A model generated the notes under the pieces. That model made no database searches, was not told where the DNA came from, and saw only the letters and a program-made list of their open reading frames with translations. A stretch of 59,131 nt of DNA, the filler included, from Nemertoderma westbladi (taxonomy: Eukaryota > Animalia > Xenacoelomorpha), in NCBI GenBank assembly GCA_032718475.1. It is 3 parts of 3 records of this genome, joined end to end, with 100 filler letters (N's around TTAATTAATTAA, not from the genome) between each part and the next. Parts side by side here need not be neighbours in the genome. Positions count along the whole stretch, not along the records: positions 1 to 27,414 come from JAUCBJ010003724.1; 2 more parts are not named here. One strand, 5' to 3'. A program made the position numbers and the translations under genes. The number at the start of each line of letters is the position of its first letter. The first letter of the stretch is position 1. Shown here piece by piece: positions 1-9,705 of the stretch.

Positions 1-65
1 GACGAAAATATAAGATATTGCTTACCAGTACCGGAAGGCTGTACTTATTTTGTTTTTATACTCAT

Positions 66-1161
66 CACATTAGCTGCGGCTCCGAAACCACTGGTTCTTT
101 GTTACTGCGGATTGTGCACCGGTGAACAACCATGTGCTGTTCCATGACTGCGGCAGGATTTGAGGCTTGGCGTTTAGTTAGTGCGGATTGTGCACCGGTG
201 AACATTCCTGTGCAGTTCCTCAACTGCGGATTGTGCGCCGGTGCTCAACAAATTACTTTTTGTTAATTACATTTTGTGGGAATGCCTTTGGGCACCGGTG
301 CTCAAATTCACTATCATTGTATTTATAAAACAATGGAGAACCACCATAGAAAAAACCGCATCTCAATACCTCCTTCCAGGCCAGAGATAGTGGTTTGAAT
401 TTCATCAAAATTTTATATATTTTTTTATGATTTTACTCTTACAGGATTAACAATTTTCAAAACTGTACCAATAATTATCCCATCACATTAGTAAATGACT
501 TTTGGCCACTTCCGAAATTTCAGGGGGTAGCCCCATAGCCTCCCCTCTCTTGGGTCCTGCTTGTGTATGGGCGTATAGATAACGACTCCCCTTTCCCCCC
601 CTCACCATCAATCATTTGGGTTTTAAAAACATTTAGAAAGTAAAACAATATAAAATAACATTGTTATTGTTACACAGCACATTTGCTCATGCAATATAAA
701 TTAATACATGAAAAGTTAACAGTTAAACAGTTGTTATTTCTTAACTAACAATGAACTAAATCAAATAGGCCTAATAGCTAGCTATGCTACAGTAGAGCAT
801 TTTAAAAATCCCGCCATATTTATATAAGTGGAAATATTGAGCACCGGCGCTCAATCCGCACTGGCACTTGTGTAGTGCGGATTGTGCACCGGTGCACAAA
901 CCCAAAAAAAATATATATATGAGTCATACAAAGGTCACAGATACCGAATATGACAACAGCTGATGTATTTGAGCACCGGTGCTCAACTTATAGCCTCCGC
1001 ACTAAGGGCTAACCAAGCCAAAATAGCTCCGCACTATCAGGGTTGCACAGGTCATGTTCACCGGTGCTCAATCCGCAGTAAGAAGTTGACAGGGAGTAAA
1101 ACCTGCCGCAGTAAAGTTAAAACACGAATTGTGCACCGGTGCTCAATCCGCAGCTAACGTG
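66..1161. mobile_element. Putative non-autonomous DNA transposon with CAC termini and repeated palindromic subterminal motifs
   Basis: Terminal inverted repeat CACATTAGCTGCGG (66-79) / CCGCAGCTAACGTG (1148-1161), 1 mismatch. About nine full or partial copies of the palindrome TGCGGATTG(T/A)GCACCGGTGC(T/A)CAATCCGCA cluster at both ends. No coding capacity and no clear TSD. Confidence 0.55.
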
Positions 1162-1443
1162 TTAATACGATGTTTTGTAGTAAAATAAAGTGCATTATTG
1201 AGTAAATATGCAGTGATAGTAAAATAAACCGGTGTAGAACAGACATACTGTACGTACATGCCATCATGTGTACGGAGTTAGCATTTCAGTAATGTTTCTA
1301 GTTTTGAATGAAACATTTGAATTTAAATTAATAATTATATCAATACTCAATAAATAATTGATATAAATTTGCCATTACATTGATTTCCCTCTCCCTAGTC
1401 AGCCAGTGACTGCTACTATTAGTTTCTTCGGTCAGAAAATCAT

Positions 1444-1453
1444 GGCGGGAAAA
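1444..1453 (+). promoter_or_regulatory. Possible E2F-type site (GGCGGGAAAA) in the PRMT7 proximal promoter
   Basis: Motif match only, about 160 nt upstream of the PRMT7 ATG. Confidence 0.25.
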
Positions 1454-1608
1454 TTAAAATGATTTGTTAGTGACTTACAATGCTGCATTGACTGCAGTGC
1501 GATTCAAAAGCTGTAGGCCTATTATTTCAATCTGATTTATTTCATCCGTGGTTTACAGTGTAGCGGTAGAGTACCGGTACTCCAGTTCGAGATTTCCATC
1601 TAAATGTT

Positions 1609-3915
1609 ATGATTTTAAGACTCGTGAGTCACCGATTATCGTTTCTACGACAACGGTACGCCGGTACCAATACTACGCGAAGTATGTCGACGTTTGTGTC
1701 GCGAGTGAACCCGGTAACCGGTAGGCCGGAGTGGGTTGCGGAGGACAGCAGCTACGACTACCGGCAGGAGATCGCGCGCTCCGCGTACGCCGACATGCTG
1801 CACGACACGGAACGGAACCGACTGTTCCGAGTGGCGCTCGAGGAAGCCGTAACGACGAGGAGCGCTCGCGGGGAGAGGGTGCACGTGTTGGACATCGGAA
1901 CGGGGACCGGGTTGCTCGCCATGGTGGCGGCGCGAGCGGGGGCCCATCGGGTCACCGCGTGCGAGGCCTTCCCTCCCATAGCGCGCGTCGCGAGATCCGT
2001 GATCGATGCGAACGGACTCGGCGACTCGATAAACCTGATCCCGCGTCGCTCCACCGAGATGGAATCCCTCGAGTCGTTGGCCGACGTGGTCGTAGCAGAG
2101 GTCTTCGATACAGAGTTGATTGGCGAGGGGGCGCTGGGCACCTTCCGAGACGCCCACGCCCGTCTGCTGACCCGGGACGCGACTGTAGTGCCCCACGGGG
2201 CCAGGGTAATAGCGCAGCTAGTGGAGTCCCAGAGACTGTGGGACTTCCACCAACTGCGAGGCGAGCTGCCTCTGGGTCCGGCCACCGCAACGCCCCCGTT
2301 GATTGTCCCACGCACTATGTCCCTTTGTCCCGGTAACGCCTCGGTCCACGACCTCCAGTTATCCCGCGTCCCGTCCCACTGGTGGACTCCTCTCTCGGAC
2401 CCCGTCGTCGCCGCCAGCCTTACCTTCGACCGGGATCTCCAGCTCTCCGGCCACTCCCTCTGCCTCCCCGAGTCGCTTCTCACCGGCACCGCCCACGCAG
2501 TGCTGTTCTGGTGGGAGTTGGTGATGGACCCGGCCGGCCAACACCTTCTGTCTATGGCCCCGGCGTGGTCGCACCCCAGTCCCGAGTCGGTCCCCTGGCG
2601 GGACCACTGGATGCAGGCGGTCTACTACCTACCGCGACCCCACCATTGTGTGGCCGGGGAAGTGGTACCGCTGGCTGTGCACCACGATGAGTACTCCTGG
2701 TGGTTCGATATCACCCGACCCGGAGTCCATCCACTCAGTGTCGGAGACTCAATGGCGAATTCCGCTGGCGGAGTACACCCACTGCCGCAAACAACTGGTA
2801 GAGTAGACCCGTCCACAGCCTCAGACAATGTGTTAGACTCTCCCACTGCCCCAGACGCCACTACAGACCCACCCACTAACCCAGACGCCACCACTGACCC
2901 ACTCACTGACCTGCTACGACCAGTGTGCGCCTGCGGTCTCCATCTGCTGTGGAGTCGCGAACGGATATCGCAGCTGAACGACGGACCCCGTTGGGACGTC
3001 CTCCGGCGGTCTCTACAACCTTCCATCGTACCGAATAAATCCCGCGTTCTGTTCACAGGCGAGTTCTCTTTGCTCCCATTTATAATCCGGCAATTAAACG
3101 CATCTGTTGTCTACGTAGTAGAACCCAACGCGAGAGCTCGCAAGTTTATACAGGATACAAACTTCCTTAATAATATCGACGGCGATTCCTTTGTAGTTGT
3201 CGATAAGGACGCCTTGGACGTGACCTTGGATGATGTTGGCGGTCTACCGATAGACCTAGTGGTATCCGAACCTTATTTCTCTTCTAGTTTATTGCCTTGG
3301 CACAACTTACACTATTGGTACATCGTGACGCAACTAAAACTTAGAAATATTGTAACTGATAAGACCGCGGTTTATCCCGCTAAAGCGAAACTTAACGTCG
3401 TTTTGGTAGAGACCGAACACTTGCATAAGATAAAGCAACCAATAGGGGAGTTGGAAGGGTTTAACGTGGCGCCTTTTGATTCGTTGATAGAGGATGCCAT
3501 GTCTCGTAGCGACGCCCCTATAGAGCCGCATCCCATGTGGGAGTACGGGTGTCGGCGACTCTCGGACACTGTTACTCTGATGGACATTGAATTCGGTAGC
3601 GATCCCGATGGGTCTGTCGGGAATTCTACCGGTGCGATCGAGTTTACTGCGGCGGGTGTGTGCCACGCAGCCGTGCTGTGGATGGAGTACGGTGTGGCGG
3701 AGAACGAGTGGGTCTCTACAGGGGTGCAATCGTCGCCCAACCCTGGGGATCCACGCGAGGGATTAGACTGGGATTATAACAGTCGCCAAGGTGTTTACCT
3801 GTTGCGACAACCAGTACTCGCGAGAGCTGGAGGTAACAATTTCGGGGTTAAATATCGATTCAATTATAACTCGAAGAGCGGAGAAATTAGTTTCAAACTG
3901 AAACCTTTGTTATAA
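1609..3915 (+). CDS. PRMT7: Protein arginine N-methyltransferase 7, single exon (conserved start probably ATG 1684)
   Basis: 768-aa ORF with the PRMT7 N-terminus (NPVTGRPEW...YDYRQEIARSAYADMLHD), SAM motif VLDIGTGTGLL, double-E loop EVFDTELIGEG, WRDHWMQ, zinc motif CACGLH, and a second degenerate PRMT module (EPYFSSSLLPWHNL, EPHPMWEY). Confidence 0.96.
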   Translation: MILRLVSHRLSFLRQRYAGTNTTRSMSTFVSRVNPVTGRPEWVAEDSSYDYRQEIARSAYADMLHDTERNRLFRVALEEAVTTRSARGERVHVLDIGTGTGLLAMVAARAGAHRVTACEAFPPIARVARSVIDANGLGDSINLIPRRSTEMESLESLADVVVAEVFDTELIGEGALGTFRDAHARLLTRDATVVPHGARVIAQLVESQRLWDFHQLRGELPLGPATATPPLIVPRTMSLCPGNASVHDLQLSRVPSHWWTPLSDPVVAASLTFDRDLQLSGHSLCLPESLLTGTAHAVLFWWELVMDPAGQHLLSMAPAWSHPSPESVPWRDHWMQAVYYLPRPHHCVAGEVVPLAVHHDEYSWWFDITRPGVHPLSVGDSMANSAGGVHPLPQTTGRVDPSTASDNVLDSPTAPDATTDPPTNPDATTDPLTDLLRPVCACGLHLLWSRERISQLNDGPRWDVLRRSLQPSIVPNKSRVLFTGEFSLLPFIIRQLNASVVYVVEPNARARKFIQDTNFLNNIDGDSFVVVDKDALDVTLDDVGGLPIDLVVSEPYFSSSLLPWHNLHYWYIVTQLKLRNIVTDKTAVYPAKAKLNVVLVETEHLHKIKQPIGELEGFNVAPFDSLIEDAMSRSDAPIEPHPMWEYGCRRLSDTVTLMDIEFGSDPDGSVGNSTGAIEFTAAGVCHAAVLWMEYGVAENEWVSTGVQSSPNPGDPREGLDWDYNSRQGVYLLRQPVLARAGGNNFGVKYRFNYNSKSGEISFKLKPLL

Positions 3916-4139
3916 CCTTACGTAGGACAATCTGTGAACTTGTTGTTTATTGTACTAAATATCAATAATTATAGATGATAACGATGAGGAATGTTCATTG
4001 TACCGATAATACAGATTATTTTAATTCAATTGTACTTGTATCAAGTAAATACTTCTTCCTTTTTAGAAGAATATTTTTCATAAATGAACACACAAGCAAA
4101 TAATTTACTTTTATAGAGGCAGAGGAAACTCTTCTTCGC

Positions 4140-4260
4140 CCCCTAACCCAACCCCAACCCAACCCTAACCCATCTCTAAATCTAACCAAATATACTAACC
4201 AAATCCCCTACGCTAATGAAACCCTATCCCACCCCAAGTCAAACCCAACTAACCCACTAT
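4140..4260. repeat. Degenerate (CCCTAA/CCCAA)n low-complexity tract
   Basis: cccctaacccaaccccaacccaaccctaacccc...; imperfect and short. Confidence 0.5.
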
Positions 4261-4457
4261 CTGTAAAGTAAATCAATGTTATCCTCGATCGTGAAAACCC
4301 GAACTAGAAAGAAACCCAAAGGTTCCTTTCTTTTGGCTGTTACTTGACAGTGTAAGGCAAGGGGGGCGCCACACCACATCCCAAGGTTGAACACACTGTA
4401 ACGTGTAACTATCCAACCCCTTTCCTTACTAGTAATAAAAAAAGCTTCATTCCTTTC

Positions 4458-4605
4458 GGCCCGTTCACATCCATCCAGATAGACAATCAGTTACCGCAAC
4501 GGTACCGTTGGGTGTGAACGGGCCCCGGGTAGTGTACCGCTGGCTTGCCGCTTCATTACCGCTAGACTACTTTACCGCTCGCGCACCGTTGGATGTGAAT
4601 GGGGC
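4458..4605. mobile_element. Small MITE-like inverted-repeat element
   Basis: GGCCCGTTCACATCCA (4458) is inverted against TGGGTGTGAACGGGCC (~4509-4524) and TGGATGTGAATGGGGC (4590-4605). No TSD established. Confidence 0.4.
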
Positions 4606-5122
4606 TTTAATAATGTCAAGTAGGAGTGGGCGGTTGGACCGAGTGCGCGATATAATATATTGGTTACCAGGGACTGGCGTCGTAGTCAAGAAAGTCAGAA
4701 AGTGATACACAACACTGGGGGAAGTGACATGGACATCCGTGTATACGTGGTGTCAAAATTTGTGAGAAAACATCACATAGTTGTTAATGAGATTAACGAA
4801 TTATTAGTTGTGATTCAGAAAATTGCAGGAGGAGATACATTTTAAGAACGGACCAATCAAAATATCGTTCAGTTGACTTTTTTTTTAGCCAATCAGTATT
4901 TTAGGTGTGTGACTATATACCGTCCAATTACGTTTCAGAATATATCCTAGTATCCAATCCAGTACTGGTGTATTTTAAGCATCCATCCAAATCCGACTAC
5001 CCCCCCCCCCCCTTACACTTATGTAAGGAAACATTAAACAAGTCTAGAGTTAGTATTGAGGAGTTGTAAATTTTAATGTTATTATAATTGGCTATCATGT
5101 TATATTTACTTTCACTTTCTAG

Positions 5123-5341
5123 ATACGACATTGCACAAAACCAATGGCAGGTGGTAAATGTGATTGGTGGTCGCCCCAAACAACGTTGTCTGGCTGCTCA
5201 CACTGCAGTTTACTACCGCCCTCTAGCGGTCATTGTGATTTACGGAGGAATATCCCCTTCCCGGGCGTCGTCCAGTCATACCGCTTCTTATAAACGCGTG
5301 AACAAATTGTTCGTTATGCGTATCTACGCAACCAATAAAGC
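5123..5341 (+). CDS. MEGF8: MEGF8 internal exon (first visible; Kelch repeat)
   Basis: Acceptor ctttctAG, donor GTAAGT. Encodes YDIAQNQWQVVNVIGGRP...AAHTAVYYRPLAVIVIYGGISPS...KRVN. Begins in phase 2, so it needs an upstream exon. Confidence 0.88.
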
Positions 5342-5762
5342 GTAAGTCTATTACAATATTTAACGTCTCATTCTATTACTGTTTTATACATCGTGACGTG
5401 TTTTAATTTATTGATAATTTTATTGTAATTCTATCCCATCTTGCCATATACCAGGCATTAAATTAAATTTAAATAGGCATTAAATTTAATATTTATTTTA
5501 ATTAAACGTGTCTACGCAACCATTAAAGCGAAAGTTTATTGCAATAATGTTTGTTACAAAATCATTACCATGCGTGTCAGTGTGTGTATCTTGTGTCGAC
5601 TTCCCCTACTACTGTACCTGGAGTGTGGCTGCTGTGTGGTTAAAGTGCCCATAGATGCTGCTCTCTAGTATAGGCAGTATCTATCTACATTAAGGTCTTC
5701 CTTCCCCTCACTATATTCCAGGATTGGTTTAAATATATTTTCCCGTACTTTTTATATTTCAG

Positions 5763-5964
5763 ACATTGGTTTGAGTGGATTGACTCGGTGAACCCGGGGA
5801 CCGCGCGGTCGCCCTCGCCCAGGGCCCATCACAGCGCCCACATCATGGGCGATTACATGGTCGTCTACGGGGGTAATGCCCACGAGCACAATGTGGATGA
5901 AACCTGTTTCCATAACGACGTGTATTTCTACAGTTTTAAGTGCCACCGCTGGTTACACGAATCG
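5763..5964 (+). CDS. MEGF8: MEGF8 exon (Kelch repeat)
   Basis: tttcAG / GTATGT. PRAHHSAHIMGDYMVVYGGNAHEHNVDETCF...FYSFKCHRW matches MEGF8 (YMVVYGGNVHTH..EKC). Phase-compatible with its neighbours. Confidence 0.92.
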
Positions 5965-6330
5965 GTATGTTTGGTGTCAGAGAGGCAGGAATTTCCTGTA
6001 TTTTATATTAAATCGGCTAATTATTAATTATCAATTATTAATTAATTATCTAACGGACTCCCTAAAACTTCACCTCCCGTTCTGAGTTTATTTTCATAAT
6101 ATTATTTTTGTTAATAATTCGTTTTGACATTATGGTGGTTAATTAATAATATCTTATTTACATAAATATAAACATCTGAATTATTACGATTCTTTAATAA
6201 AAATACAATTAACGTGATTTACTAATTTCTCTCAACCTACCCTTACCCTGTCACTACATCCTGTCCCAGTTGCCCAGTTCCCCATTCATATTCGCATATA
6301 ATAAATAACCTTGTGTTCCCGTTTCTGTAG

Positions 6331-6471
6331 GAGTTCCCCGATCCGGTTGGCTCGACAAATAAACCAATGAGAGGCCGATTCTCCCACGGATCAGCTGTTC
6401 GTCAGTCTAATATGCTGCTAATTTACGGTGGTTGGTCAGGAACTGTTCGAAACGATCTGATTGGATATAAA
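6331..6471 (+). CDS. MEGF8: MEGF8 exon (Kelch repeat)
   Basis: ttctgtAG / GTAAAT. Encodes GRFSHGSAVRQSNMLLIYGGWSGTVRNDLIGYK; phase 0-0. Confidence 0.92.
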
Positions 6472-6641
6472 GTAAATTTATTATCTTATTCCAAAATATT
6501 GACTATTTTAATGTTACGATTAATGGACGGCGAGTTCTCACATTTTGTTTGAAATTTAACGTAAATTTTAACGTGACATTAAACGAGTTGAAATTTAACG
6601 TAAAACTGCTGCAGCGCGAAAGCCGCACGCTGTATAGTAGC

Positions 6642-8440
6642 AACCTACTATATTTCCCTTGTAACCTACTATATTTCCCTTGTAACCTACTATATTTCCC
6701 TTGTAACCTACTATATTTCCCTTGTAACCTACTATATTTCCCTTGTAACCTACTATATTTCCCTTGTAACCTACTATATTTCCCTTGTAACCTACTATAT
6801 TTCCCTTATAACCTACTATATTTCCCTTGTAACCTACTATATTTCCCTTGTAACCTACTATATTTCCCTTGTAACCTACTATATTTCCCTTGTAACCTAC
6901 TATATTTCCCTTGTAACCTACTATATTTCCCTTGTAACCTACTATATTTCCCTTGTAACCTAACCTACTATATTTCCCTGTAACCTACTATATTTCCCTT
7001 GTAACCTACTATATTTCCCTTGTAACCTACTATATTTCCCTTGTAACCTACTATATTTTCCTTGTAACCTACTATATTTCCCTTGTAACCTACTATATTT
7101 CCCTTGTAACCTACTATATTTCCCTTGTAACCTACTATATTTCCCCTGTAACCTACTATATATCCATTGTAACCTACTATATTTCCCTTGTAACCTACTA
7201 TATTTCCCTTGTAACCTAACCTACTATATTTCCCTGTAACCTACTATATTTCCCTTGTAACCTACTATATTTCCCTTGTAACCTACTATATTTCCCTTGT
7301 AACCTACTATATTTCCCTTGTAACCTACTATATTTCCCTTGTAACCTACTATATTTCCCTTGTAACCTACTATATTTCCCTTGTAACCTAACCTACTATA
7401 TTTCCCTGTAACCTACTATATTTCCCTTGTAACCTACTATATTTCCCTTGTAACCTACTATATTTCCCTTGTAACCTACTATATTTCCCTTGTAACCTAC
7501 TATATTTCCCTTGTAACCTAACCTACTATATTTCCCTGTAACCTACTATATTTCCCTTGTAACCTACTATATTTCCCTTGTAACCTACTATATTTCCCTT
7601 GTAACCTACTATATTTTCCTTGTAACCTACTATATTTCCCTTGTAACCTACTATATTTCCCTTGTAACCTACTATATTTCCCTTGTAACCTACTATATTT
7701 CCCCTGTAACCTACTATATATCCATTGTAACCTACTATATTTCCCTTGTAACCTACTATATTTCCCTTGTAACCTAACCTACTATATTTCCCTGTAACCT
7801 ACTATATTTCCCTTGTAACCTACTATATTTCCCTTGTAACCTACTATATTTCCCTTGTAACCTACTATATTTCCCTTGTAACCTACTATATTTCCCTTGT
7901 AACCTACTATATTTCCCTTGTAACCTACTATATTTCCCTTGTAACCTAACCTACTATATTTCCCTGTAACCTACTATATTTCCCTTGTAACCTACTATAT
8001 TTCCCTTGTAACCTAACCTACTATATTTCCCTGTAACCTACTATATTTCCCTTGTAACCTACTATATTTCCCTTGTAACCTACTATATTTCCCTGTAACC
8101 TACTATATTTCCCTTGTAACCTACTATATTTCCCTTGTAACCTACTATATTTCCCTTGTAACCTACTATATTTCCCTTGTAACCTACTATATTTTCCTTG
8201 TAACCTACTATATTTCCCTTGTAACCTACTATATTTCCCTTGTAACCTACTATATTTCCCTTATAACCTACTATATTTCCCTTGTAACCTACTATATTTC
8301 CCTTGTAACCTACTATATTTCCCTTGTAACCTACTATATTTCCCTTGTAACCTACTATATCTCCATTGTAACCTACTATATTTCCCCTGTAACCTACTAT
8401 ATTTCCCTTGTAACCTACTATATTTCCCTTGTAACCTACT
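6642..8440. repeat. 21-bp minisatellite (AACCTACTATATTTCCCTTGT)n, ~85 copies, intronic
   Basis: Directly visible tandem array with few variants. Confidence 0.97.
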
Positions 8441-8466
8441 AATCTCCCGTGTGACTGTCTGTTTAG

Positions 8467-8594
8467 GTACCAGCGAGTGTTGCGAAATGGCAGCAGAACG
8501 ACACACATTCGGATACAATTCATAAATGTACCAGTTGGAATGATAAAGAACATTGTTTATCTGACCCCCTGTGTGGGTGGTGCAACCCCAGCAG
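8467..8594 (+). CDS. MEGF8: MEGF8 exon (start of PSI domain)
   Basis: gtttAG / GTAATC. VPASVAKW...CTSWNDKEHCLSDPLCGWC continues YK|VP as in MEGF8. Confidence 0.88.
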
Positions 8595-9110
8595 GTAATC
8601 CGCACCTTAATTAATTGTCTCAATGAAAATATAGATAATTTTTTATGAAAAGGTTCCGATATTCTATAAAGTTGTATCAGCCTTATGGCCTTTGATTACT
8701 CAAATGATATTTGATAGATAATACGCACTTTTCCCAAGGAAATGTGAATTTTCCCAGATGTATTGTTTGATATTGAGGTGGTGGATGCATTCTGGGTGGA
8801 GTAATAATTCGCCACATTTACGAAAACGCCGCCGAGTAGTTTTATCAGTATGAAAAAAGTATTTTTTTATGATTTTTATAGAAACTGGGATAATATTGTA
8901 ACACGTATTATATTATACGTAAGCGCGTATTATATTGTTTTATTTATTTTTTACTGTACCCTGTTTCTTTACTAAGATACATCCAGCTCTGCCATATTAA
9001 AATGTATTTAGAATACTGTGTTTCCCAACTGTAGTTTATTTAAGGTTATTCTACCATACCCCCCCCCCCCCCCCCCCACCCCCCACGTTGTTCTTATCTT
9101 TATTTAACAG

Positions 9111-9277
9111 AATTTGGCCGCCCTCGACTATTAAAACTCCATCGTGCCGCCTACATTCCGAGGAGGTTAGGACGAGTTGTCCGGACTACCAGAGTACATT
9201 GTGTCCGGGACTCTGCGACGTACAGACCCCCTGTACTGGTTGTACGTTCGGTTGGGACAACGTGGTCACAGACAAAG
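9111..9277 (+). CDS. MEGF8: MEGF8 exon (Cys-rich)
   Basis: ttaacAG / GTTGGT. Encodes IWPPSTIK...CPGLCDVQTPCTGCTFG; phase 2 to 1, compatible. Confidence 0.8.
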
Positions 9278-9554
9278 GTTGGTCAGCTGTAAATATCAAC
9301 CTCCTATAAAATAAACTTTATATTAATAAACTTTACTACCTATGCTTTAATTTTTTTTACATGCCGGTTTATTTATTTTCTTTAATGATACATACAGTAA
9401 TGTAAAGAATGATTTTCATTTTATATACTGTTTGAATTTATGGTTGTGTGTTATTGGTTTAGTGTTTTGTTTATTATTTTAACTCTTTAAATGTTTTTGA
9501 TTATTATGTGTCTCCAGCAGCTGTTTTAATTCTTTGTTTTGTTTATTAATATAG

Positions 9555-9705
9555 GGCTCTGCGCTTGGTTTTTCCGTTCACAAACTTGTGCGTCAATAGA
9601 TAATATTGACCAGCTGTCATTAACTGAATATTCTGCCAGCGTCGACAGGCTATCCTGCTTTAAATCTATCAACACGGCCTCTGGGCTTTACGTCACTGAG
9701 TACAG
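9555..9705 (+). CDS. MEGF8: MEGF8 exon ending inside the first 34-bp repeat unit
   Basis: aatatAG / GTTAGC. Encodes LCAWFFRSQTC...SGLYVTEY(R); phase 1 to 2, compatible with the exon at 15081. Confidence 0.82.

Noticed and set aside
1645-3740. Alternative-frame and antisense ORFs over PRMT7 (and likewise over MEGF8 18410-24403)
   Set aside because: Expected shadows of GC-rich coding sequence, with no recognisable domains.
4140-4260. Telomere or interstitial telomeric array
   Set aside because: Too degenerate and short; few exact CCCTAA units.
4508-4845. Candidate missing MEGF8 5' exons
   Set aside because: No signal peptide, CUB, EGF or Kelch similarity; overlaps a small inverted-repeat element.
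6549-8623. Repetitive ORFs (NLLYFPC)n, (GYKGNIV)n
   Set aside because: Translations of a 21-bp intronic minisatellite.
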